Shown piece after piece: positions 1 through 11,700 of a stretch of DNA of 64,000 nt. The position numbers and the translations under genes are program-made. The stretch is from assembly GCA_964016885.1 (NCBI GenBank), contig OZ024744.1, positions 21,018,001-21,082,000 on the forward strand, read 5' to 3'. Source of the stretch: Eledone cirrhosa (Eukaryota). Within the stretch, counting starts at the first letter, position 1. The number at the start of each line of letters is the position of its first letter. The notes beneath the pieces were generated by a model. The model had not been told where the DNA came from and ran no database searches. It saw nothing but the letters and a program-made list of their open reading frames with translations.

Positions 1-2760
1 AACAACACTTGAATCTTAAGAACGGACTCGTTTTAACAACACCTGAATCTTAAGATAAAACTCGTTTTAACAACAGTCGAATCTTAAGAACTGATTCGTT
101 TTAACAACAGTTCAAACTTAAGAACTGACTCGTTTTAACAACAGTTGAATCTAATGAACTGACTCATTTTAACAACAGTTGAATCTTAAGATAACATTCG
201 TTTTAACAACAGTTGAATCTTAAGAACTGACTCGTTTTAACAGCAGTTGAATCTTAAAGATAAAACTCGTTTCGACAACAGTTGAATCTTAAGAACTGAC
301 TCGTTTTAACAACAGCTGAATCTTAAGATAAAACTCGTTTTAACAACAGTTGAATCTTAAGATAAAACTAGTTTTAACAACAGTTGAATCTTAAGATAAA
401 ACTCGTTTTAACAACAGTTGAATCTTAAGAACTGATTCGTTTTAACAACAGCTGAATCTTAAGATAAAACTCGTTTTAACAACAGTTGAATCTTAAGAAC
501 TGATTCGTTTTAACAACAGCTGAATCTTAAGATAAAACTCGTTTTAACAACAGTTGAATCTTAAGAACTGACTCGTTTTAACAACAGCTGAATCTTAAGA
601 TAAAACTTGTTTTAACAACAGTTGAATCTTAAGATAAAACTCGTTTTAACAACAGTTGAATCTTAAGAACTGACTCTTTTTAACAACAGTTGAATCTTAA
701 GATAAAACTCGTTTTAACAACAGTTGAATCTTATGAGCTAACTCATTTTAACAACAGTTGAATCTTAAGTTAAGACTCGTTTTAACAACAGTTGAATCTT
801 AAGAACTGACTAGTTTTAACAACAGCTGAATCTTAAGATAAAACTCGTTTTAACAACAGTTGAATCTTAAGAACTGACTCGTTTTAACAACAGCTGAATC
901 TTAAGATAAAACTCGTTTTAACAACAGTTGAATCTTAAGATAAAACTCGTTTTAACAACAGTTGAATCTTAAGTACTGACTCGTTTTAACAACAGTTGAA
1001 TCTTAAGATAAAACTCGTTTTAACAACAGTTGAATCTTATGAACTAACTCATTTTAACAACAGTTGAATCTTAAGTTAAGACTCGTTTTAACAACAGTTG
1101 AATCTTAAGAACTGACTCGTTTTAACAACAGCTGAATCTTAAGATAAAACTCGTTTTAACAACAGTTGAATCTTAAGAACTGACTCGTTTTAACAACAGC
1201 TGAATCTTAAGATAAAACTCGTTTTAACAACAGTTGAATCTTAAGATAAAACTCGTTTTAACAACAGTTGGATCTTAAGAACTGACTCGTTTTAACAACA
1301 GTTGAATCTTACGATAAAACTCGTTTTAACAACAGTTGAATCTTATGAACTAACTCATTTTAACAACAGTTGAATCTTAAGTTAAGACTCGTTTTAACAA
1401 CAGTTGAATATTAAGACAAAACCCGTTTTAACAACAGTTGAATCTTAAGAACTGTCTCGTTTTAACAACAGTTGAATCTTAAGATAAACCTCGTTTTAAC
1501 AACAGTTTAATCTTAAGAACTGACTCGTTTTAACAACAGTTGAATCTTAAGACAAAACTCGTTTTAACAACAGTTGAATCTTAAGAACTGACTTGTTCTA
1601 ACAACAGTTCAGCCTTAAGAACTGACTCGTTTTAAAACAGTTGAATCGTTAGAACTGACTCGTTTTAACAACAGTTGAATCTTAAAATAAAACTCGTTTT
1701 AACAATAGTTGAATCTCAAGAACTGACTCGTTTTAGCAACAGTTGAATCTTAAGATAACACTCGTTTTCATAACAGTTGAATCTTAAGAACTGTCTCGTT
1801 TTAACAACAGTTGAATCTTAAAATAAAACTCGTTTTAACAACAGCTGAATCTTAAGATAAAACTCGTTTTAACAACAGTTGAATCTTAAGATAAAACTCG
1901 TTTTAACAACAGTTGAATCTTAAGAACTGACTCTTTTTAACAACAGTTGAATTTTAAGATAAACCTCGATTTGACAACAGTTGAATCTTAAGAACTGACT
2001 CGTTTTAACAACACTTAAATCTTAATAACTGACTCGATTTAACAACAGTTGAATGTTAAGATAAAACTCGTTTTAACAATAGTTGAATCTTAAGATAAAA
2101 CTCGTTTGAACAACTGTTGAATCTTAAGAACTGACTCGTTTTAACAACAGCTGAATCTTAAGATAAAACTCGTTTTAACAACAGTTGAATCTTAAGAACT
2201 GACTCGTTTTAACAACAGCTGAATCTTAAGATAAAACTCGTTTTAACAACAGTTCAAACTTAAGAAATGACTCGTTTTAAGAAAAGTTGAATCTTATGAA
2301 CTCTCTCATGTTAACAACAGTTGAATCTTAAGATAACATTCGTTTTAACAATAGTTCAATCTTAAGAACTGATTCGTTTTAACAACAGTTGAATCTTAAG
2401 ATAAAACTCGTTTTAACCACATTTGAATCTTAAGAACGGACTCGTTTTAACAACAGCTGAATCTTAAGATAAAACTCGTTTTAACAACAGTTGAATCTTA
2501 AGAACTGATTCGTTTTAACAACAGTTCAAACTTAAGAACTGATTCGTTTTAACAACAGTTGAATCTTATGAACTGACTCATTTTAACAACAGTTGAATCT
2601 TAAGATAACATTCGTTTTAACAACAGTTGAATCTTAAGATAAAACTCGTTTTAACAACAGTTGAATCTTAAGAACTGACTCGTTTTAACGACAGCTGAAT
2701 CTTAAGATAAATCTCGTTTTAACAACAGTTGAATCTTAAAGATAAAACTCGCTTTAACAA
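1..2760. repeat. Higher-order block, near copy at ~8060-10720; its 5' part is also repeated from ~4693
   Basis: Shared rare variants: CTAATGAACT (151, ~4843, ~8210), CAGCAGTTGAATCTTAAAGA...TTCGAC (241, ~4933, ~8300), CCTCGATTTGAC (~1964, ~9921), AACCACATTTG (~2415, ~10372). Offset is 8059, then 7957 after a 3-monomer difference. Confidence 0.85.
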
Positions 2761-5700
2761 CAGTTGAATCTTAAGAACTGTCTCGTTTTAACAACAGTTG
2801 AATGTTAAGATAAAACTCGTTTTAACAATAGTTGTATCTTAAGAACTGACTCGTTTTAACAACAGTTGAATCTTCAAATAAAACTCGTTTTAACAACAGT
2901 TGAATCTTAAGAACTGACTCGTTTTAACAACAGTTGAATGTTAAGATAAAACTCGTTTTAACAATAGTGGAATCTTAAGAACTGACTCGTTTTAACAACA
3001 GTTGAATCTTAAGATAAAACTCGTTTTAACAACAGTTGAATCTTAAGAACTGACTCGTTTTAACGACAGATGAATCTTAAGATAAAACTCGTTTTAACAA
3101 CAGTTCAAACTTAAGAAATGACTCGTTTTAACAACAGTTGAATCTTATGAACTGACTCATTTTAACAACAGTTGAATCTTAAGAACTGATTCGTTTTAAC
3201 AACAGTTGAATCTTAAGACAAAACTCGTTTTAGCAACAGTTGAATCTTAAGAACTGACTTGTTCTAACAACAGTTCAGCCTTAAGAACTGACTCGTTTTA
3301 AAACAGTTGAATTGTTAGAACTGACTCGTTTTAACAACAGTTGAATCTTAAAATAAAACTCGTTTTAACAATAGTTGAATCTCAAGAACTGACTCGTTTT
3401 AGCAACAGTTGAATCTTAAGATAACACTCGTTTTCATAACAGTTGAATCTTAAGAACTGTCTCGTTTTAACAACAGTTGAATTTTAAGATAAACCTCGTT
3501 TTGACAACAGTTGAATCATAAGAACTGACTCGTTTTAACAACAGTTAAATCTTAATAACTGACTCGTTTTAACAACAGTTGAATGTTAAGATAAAACTCG
3601 TTTTAACGATAGTTGAATCTTAAGAACTGACTCGTTTTAACAACAGTTGAATCTTAAGATAAAACTCGTTTTAACAACTGTTGAATCTTAAGAACTGACT
3701 CGTTTTAACGACAGCTGAATCTTAAGATAAAACTCGTTTTAACAACAGTTCAAACTTAAGAAATGACTCGTTTTAACAACAGTTGAATCTTATGAACTGA
3801 CTCATTTTAACAACAGTTGAATCTTAATAACTGATTCGTTTTAACAACAGCTGAATCTTAAGATAAAACTCGTTTTAACAACAGTTGAATCTTAAGAACT
3901 GACTCGTTTTAACAACAGCTGAATCTTAAGATAAAACTCGTTTTAACAACAGTTGAATCTTAAGAACTGACTCGTTTTAACAACAGCTGAATCTTAAGAT
4001 AAAACTCGTTTTAACAACAGTTGAATCTTAACATAAAACTCGTTTTAACAACAGTTGAATCTTAAGAACTGACTCTTTTTAACAACAGTTGAATCTTAAG
4101 ATAAAACTCGTTTTAACAACAGTTGAATCTTATGAGCTAACTCATTTTAACAACAGTTGAATCTTAAGTTAAGACTCGTTTTAACAACAGTTGAATCTTA
4201 AGAACTCACTCGTTTTAACAACAGCTGAATCTTAAGATAAAACTCGTTTTAACAACAGTTGAATCTTAAGAACTGACTCGTTTTAACAACAGTTGAATCT
4301 TCAAATAAAACTCGTTTTAACAACAGTTGAATCTTAAGAACTGACTCGTTTTAACAACAGTTGAATGTTAAGATAAAACTCGTTTTAACAATAGTGGAAT
4401 CTTAAGAACTGACTCGTTTTAACAACAGTTGAATCTTAAGATAAAACTCGTTTTAACAACAGTTGAATCTTAAAAACTGACTCGTTTTAACAACAGCTGA
4501 ATCTTAAGATAAAACTCGTTTTAACAACAGTTCAAACTTAAGAAATGACTCGTTTTAACAAAAGTTGAATCTTATGAACTCACTCATTTTAACAACAGTT
4601 GAATCTTAAGATAACATTCGTTTTGACAACAGTTGAATCTTAAGAACTGATTCGTTTTAACAACAGTTGAATCTTAAGATAAAACTCGTTTTAACAACAC
4701 TTGAATCTTAAGAACGGACTCGTTTTAACAACACCTGAATCTTAAGATAAAACTCATTTTAACAACAGTTGAATCTTAAGAACTGATTCGTTTTAACAAC
4801 AGTTCAAACTTAAGAACTGACTCGTTTTAACAACAATTGAATCTAATGAACTGACTCATTTTAACAACAGTTGAATCTTAAGATAACATTCGTTTTAACA
4901 ACAGTTGAATCTTAAGAACTGACTCGTTTTAACAGCAGTTGAATCTTAAAGATAAAACTCGTTTCGACAACAGTTGAATCTTAAGAACTGACTCGTTTTA
5001 ACAACAGCTGAATCTTAAGATAAAACTCGTTTTAACAACAGTTGAATCTTAAGATAAAACTCGTTTTAACAACAGTTGAATCTTAAGATAAAACTCGTTT
5101 TACCAACAGTTGAATCTTAAGAACTGATTCGTTTTAACAACAGCTGAATCTTAAGATAAAACTCGTTTTAACAACAGTTGAATCTTAAGAACTGATTCGT
5201 TTTAACAACAGCTGAATCTTAAGATAAAACTCGTTTTAACAACAGTTGAATCTTAAGAACTGACTCGTTTTAACAACAGCTGAATCTTAAGATAAAACTC
5301 GTTTTAACAACAGTTGAATCTTAAGATAAAACTCGTTTTAACAACAGTTGAATCTTAAGAACTGACTCTTTTTAACAACAGTTGAATCTTAAGATAAAAC
5401 TCGTTTTAACAACAGTTGAATCTTATGAGCTAACTCATTTTAACAACAGTTGAATCTTAAGTTAAGACTCGTTTTAACAACAGTTGAATCTTAAGAACTG
5501 ACTCGTTTTAACAACAGCTGAATCTTAAGATAAAACTCGTTTTAACAACAGTTGAATTTTAAGAACTGACTCGTTTTAACAACAGCTGAATCTTAAGATA
5601 AAACTCGTTTTAACAACAGTTGAATCTTAAGATAAAACTCGTTTTAACAACAGTTGAATCTTAAGTACTGACTCGTTTTAACAACAGTTGAATCTTAAGA

Positions 5701-8700
5701 TAAAACTCGTTTTAACAACAGTTGAATCTTATGAACTAACTCATTTTAACAACAGTTGAATCTTAAGTTAAGACTCGTTTTAACAACAGTTGAATCTTAA
5801 GAACTGACTCGTTTTAACGACAGCTGAATCTTAAGATAAAACTCGTTTTAACAACAGTTGGATCTTAAGAACTGACTCCTTTTAACAACAGTTGAATCTT
5901 AAGATAAAACTCGTTTTAACCACAGTTGAATCTTAAGAACGGACTCGTTTTAACAACAGCTGAATCTTAAGATAAAACTCGTTTTAACAACAGTTGAATC
6001 TTAAGAACTGATTCGTTTTAACAACAGTTCAAACTTAAGAACTGATTCGTTTTAACAACAGTTGAATCTTATGAACTGACTCATTTTAACAACAGTTGAA
6101 TCTTAAGATAACATTCGTTTTAACAACAGTTGAATCTTAAGAACTGACTCGTTTTAACAACAGTTGAATCTTAAGATAAAACTCGTTTTAACAACAGTTG
6201 AATCTTAAGAACTGACTCGTTTTAACGACAGCTGAATCTTAAGATAAATCTTGTTTTAACAAGAGTTGAATCTTAAAGATAAAACTCGCTTTAACAACAG
6301 TTGAATCTTAAGAACTGACTCGTTTTAACAACAGTTGAATCTTAAGACACAACCCGTTTTAACAACAGTTGAATATTAAGAACTGTCTCGTTTTAACAAC
6401 AGTTGAATGTTAAGATAAAACTCGTTTTAACAATAGTTGTATCTTAAGAACAGACTCGTTTTAACAACAGTTGAATCTTCAAATAAAACTCGTTTTAACA
6501 ACAGTTGAATCTTAAGAACTGACTCGTTTTAACAACAGTTGAATGTTAAGATAAAACTCGTTTTAACAATAGTGGAATCTTAAGAACTGACTCGTTTTAA
6601 CAACAGTTGAATCTTAAGATAAAACTCGTTTTAACAACAGTTGAATCTTAAGAACTGACTCGTTTTAACGACAGATGAATCTTAAGATAAAACTCGTTTT
6701 AACAACAGTTCAAACTTAAGAAATGACTCGTTTTAACAACAGTTGAATCTTATGAACTGACTCATTTTAACAACAGTTGAATCTTAAGAACTGATTCGTT
6801 TTAACAACAGTTGAATCTTAAGATAAAACTCGTTTTAACAACAGTTGAATCTTAAGACAAAACTCGTTTTAGCAACAGTTGAATCTTAAGAACTGACTTG
6901 TTCTAACAACAGTTCAGCCTTAAGAACTGACTCGTTTTAAAACAGTTGAATCGTTAGAACTGACTCGTTTTAACAACAGTTGAATCTTAAAATAAAACTC
7001 GTTTTAACAATAGTTGAATCTCAAGAACTGACTCGTTTTAGCAACAGTTGAATCTTAAGATAACACTCGTTTTCATAACAGTTGAATCTTAAGAACTGTT
7101 TCGTTTTAACAACAGTTGAATTTTAAGATAAACCTCGTTTTGACAACAGTTGAATCATAAGAACTGACTCGTTTTAACAACAGTTAAATCTTAATAACTG
7201 ACTCGTTTTAACAACAGTTGAATGTTAAGATAAAACTCGTTTTAACAATAGTTGAATCTTAAGAACTGACTCGTTTTAACAACAGTTGAATCTTAAGATA
7301 AAACTCGTTTTAACAACTGTTGAATCTTAAGAACTGACTCGTTTTAACGACAGCTGAATCTTAAGATAAAACTCGTTTTAACAACAGTTCAAACTTAAGA
7401 AATGACTCGTTTTAACAACAGTTGAATCTTATGAACTGACTCATTTTAACAACAGTTGAATCTTAAGAACTGATTCGTTTTAACAACAGCTGAATCTTAA
7501 GATAAAACTCGTTTTAACAACAGTTGAATCTTAAGAACTGACTCGTCTTAACAACAGCTGAATCTTAAGATAAAACTCGTTTTAACAACAGTTGAATCTT
7601 AAGAACTGACTCGTTTTAACAACAGCTGAATCTTAAGATAAAACTCGTTTTAACAACAGTTGAATCTTCAAATAAAACTCGTTTTAACAACAGTTGAATC
7701 TTAAGAACTGACTCGTTTTAACAACAGTTGAATGTTAAGATAAAACTCGTTTTAACAATAGTGGAATCTTAAGAACTGACTCGTTTTAACAACAGTTGAA
7801 TCTTAAGATAAAACTCGTTTTAACAACAGTTGAATCTTAAGAACTGACTCGTTTTAACAACAGCTGGATCTTAAGATAAAACTCGTTTTAACAACAGTTC
7901 AAACTTAAGAAATGACTCGTTTTAACAAAAGTTGAATCTTATGAACTCACTCATTTTAACAACAGTTGAATCTTAAGATAACATTCGTTTTAACAACAGT
8001 TGAATCTTAAGAACTGATTCGTTTTAACAACAGTTGAATCTTAAGATAAAACTCGTTTTAACAACACTTGAATCTTAAGAACGGACTCGTTTTAACAACA
8101 CCTGAATCTTAAGATAAAACTCGTTTTAACAACAGTTGAATCTTAAGAACTGATTCGTTTTAACAACAGTTCAAACTTAAGAACTGACTCGTTTTAACAA
8201 CAGTTGAATCTAATGAACTGACTCATTTTAACAACAGTTGAATCTTAAGATAACATTCGTTTTAACAACAGTTGAATCTTAAGAACTGACTCGTTTTAAC
8301 AGCAGTTGAATCTTAAAGATAAAACTCGTTTCGACAACAGTTGAATCTTAAGAACTGACTCGTTTTAACAACAGCTGAATCTTAAGATAAAACTCGTTTT
8401 AACAACAGTTGAATCTTAAGATAAAACTCGTTTTAACAACAGTTGAATCTTAAGATAAAACTCGTTTTAACAACAGTTGAATCTTAAGAACTGATTCGTT
8501 TTAACAACAGCTGAATCTTAAGATAAAACTCGTTTTAACAACAGTTGAATCTTAAGAACTGATTCGTTTTAACAACAGCTGAATCTTAAGATAAAACTCG
8601 TTTTAACAACAGTTGAATCTTAAGAACTGACTCGTTTTAACAACAGCTGAATCTTAAGATAAAACTTGTTTTAACAACAGTTGAATCTTAAGATAAAACT

Positions 8701-11700
8701 CGTTTTAACAACAGTTGAATCTTAAGAACTGACTCTTTTTAACAACAGTTGAATCTTAAGATAAAACTCGTTTTAACAACAGTTGAATCTTATGAGCTAA
8801 CTCATTTTAACAACAGTTGAATCTTAAGTTAAGACTCGTTTTAACAACAGTTGAATCTTAAGAACTGACTCGTTTTAACAACAGCTGAATCTTAAGATAA
8901 AACTCGTTTTATCAACAGTTGAATCTTAAGAACTGAGTCGTTTTAACAACAGCTGAATCTTAAGATAAAACTCGTTTTAACAACAGTTGAATCTTAAGAT
9001 AAAACTCGTTTTAACAACAGTTGAATCTTAAGTACTGACTCGTTTTAACAACAGTTGAATCTTAAGATAAAACTCGTTTTAACAACAGTTGAATCTTATG
9101 AACTAACTCATTTTAACAACAGTTGAATCTTAAGTTAAGACTCGTTTTAACAACAGTTGAATCTTAAGAACTGACTCGTTTTAACGACAGCTGAATCTTA
9201 AGATAAAACTCGTTTTAACAACAGTTGGATCTTAAGAACTGACTCGTTTTAACAACAGTTGAATCTTACGATAAAACTCGTTTTAACAACAGTTGAATCT
9301 TATGAACTAACTCATTTTAACAACAGTTGAATCTTAAGTTAAGACTCGTTTTAACAACAGTTGAATATTAAGACAAAACCCGTTTTAACAACAGTTGAAT
9401 CTTAAGAACTGTCTCGTTTTAACAACAGTTGAATCTTAAGATAAACCTCGTTTTAACAACAGTTTAATCTTAAGAACTGACTCGTTTTAACAACAGTTGA
9501 ATCTTAAGACAAAACTCGTTTTAACAACAGTTGAATCTTAAGAACTGACTTGTTCTAACAACAGTTCAGCCTTAAGAACTGACTCGTTTTAAAACAGTTG
9601 AATCGTTAGAACTGACTCGTTTTAACAACAGTTGAATCTTAAAATAAAACTCGTTTTAACAATAGTTGAATCTCAAGAACTGACTCGTTTTAGCAACAGT
9701 TGAATCTTAAGATAACACTCGTTTTCATAACAGTTGAATCTTAAGAACTGTCTCGTTTTAACAACAGTTGAATCTTAAAATAAAACTCGTTTTAACAACA
9801 GCTGAATCTTAAGATAAAACTCGTTTTAACAACAGTTGAATCTTAAGATAAAACTCGTTTTAACAACAGTTGAATCTTAAGAACTGACTCTTTTTAACAA
9901 CAGTTGAATTTTAAGATAAACCTCGATTTGACAACAGTTGAATCTTAAGAACTGACTCGTTTTAACAACAGTTAAATCTTAATAACTGACTCGATTTAAC
10001 AACAGTTGAATGTTAAGATAAAACTCGTTTTAACAATAGTTGAATCTTAAGATAAAACTCGTTTTAACAACTGTTGAATCTTAAGAACTGACTCGTTTTA
10101 ACAACAGCTGAATCTTAAGATAAAACTCGTTTTAACAACAGTTGAATCTTAAGAACTGACTCGTTTTAACAACAGCTGAATCTTAAGATAAAACTCGTTT
10201 TAACAACAGTTCAAACTTAAGAAATGACTCGTTTTAAGAAAAGTTGAATCTTATGAACTCACTCATTTTAACAACAGTTGAATCTTAAGATAACATTCGT
10301 TTTAACAATAGTTCAATCTTAAGAACTGATTCGTTTTAACAACAGTTGAATCTTAAGATAAAACTCGTTTTAACCACATTTGAATCTTAAGAACGGACTC
10401 GTTTTAACAACAGCTGAATCTTAAGATAAAACTCGTTTTAACAACAGTTGAATCTTAAGAACTGATTCGTTTTAACAACAGTTCAAACTTAAGAACTGAT
10501 TCGTTTTAACAACAGTTGAATCTTATGAACTGACTCATTTTAACAACAGTTGAATCTTAAGATAACATTCGTTTTAACAACAGTTGAATCTTAAGATAAA
10601 ACTCGTTTTAACAACAGTTGAATCTTAAGAACTGACTCGTTTTAACGACAGCTGAATCTTAAGATAAATCTCGTTTTAACAACAGTTGAATCTTAAAGAT
10701 AAAACTCGCTTTAACAACAGTTGAATCTTAAGAACTGACTCGTTTTAACAACAGTTGAATCTTAAGACAAAACCCGTGTTAACAACAGTTGAATATTAAG
10801 AACTGTCTCGTTTTAACAACAGTTGAATGTTAAGATAAAACTCGTTTTAACAATAGTGGAATCTTAAGAACTGACTCGTTTTAACAACAGTTGAATCTTA
10901 AGATAAAACTCGTTTTAACAACAGTTGAATCTTAAGAACTGACTCGTTTTAACGACAGATGAATCTTAAGATAAAACTCGTTTTAACAACAGTTCAAACT
11001 TAAGAAATGACTCGTTTTAACAACAGTTGAATCTTATGAACTGACTCATTTTAACAACAGTTGAATCTTAAGAACTGATTCGTTTTAACAACAGTTGAAT
11101 CTTAAGATAAAACTCGTTTTAACAACAGTTGAATCTTAAGAACTGACTCGTTTTAACAACAGCTGAATCTTAAGATAAAACTCGTTTTAACAACAGTTCA
11201 AACTTAAGAAATGACTCGTTTTAAGAAAAGTTGAATCTTATGAACTCACTCATTTTAACAACAGTTGAATCTTAAGATAACATTCGTTTTAACAACAGTT
11301 GAATCTTAAGAACTGATTCGTTTTAACAACAGTTGAATCTTAAGATAAAACTCGTTTTAACAACAGTTGAATCTTAAGAACGGACTCGTTTTAACAACAG
11401 CTGAATCTTAAGATAAAACTCGTTTTAACAACAGTTGAATATTAAGAACTGATTCGTTTTAACAACAGTTCAAACTTAAGAACTGATTCGTTTTAACAAC
11501 AGTTGAATCTTATGAACTGACTCATTTTAACAACAGTTGAATCTTAAGATAACATTCGTTTTAACAACAGTTGAATCTTAAGAACTGACTCGTTTTAACA
11601 ACAGTTGAATCTTAAGATAAAACTCGTTTTAACAGCAGTTGAATCTTAAGAACTGACTCGTTTTAACGACAGCTGAATCTTAAGATAAATCTCGTTTTAA

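Noticed and set aside
1-170. Nucleosome-sized 5-mer (5x34 = 170 bp) periodicity
   Set aside because: No 5-monomer periodicity is visible in the variants. The dominant sub-structure is the dimer, so the match is numerical only.
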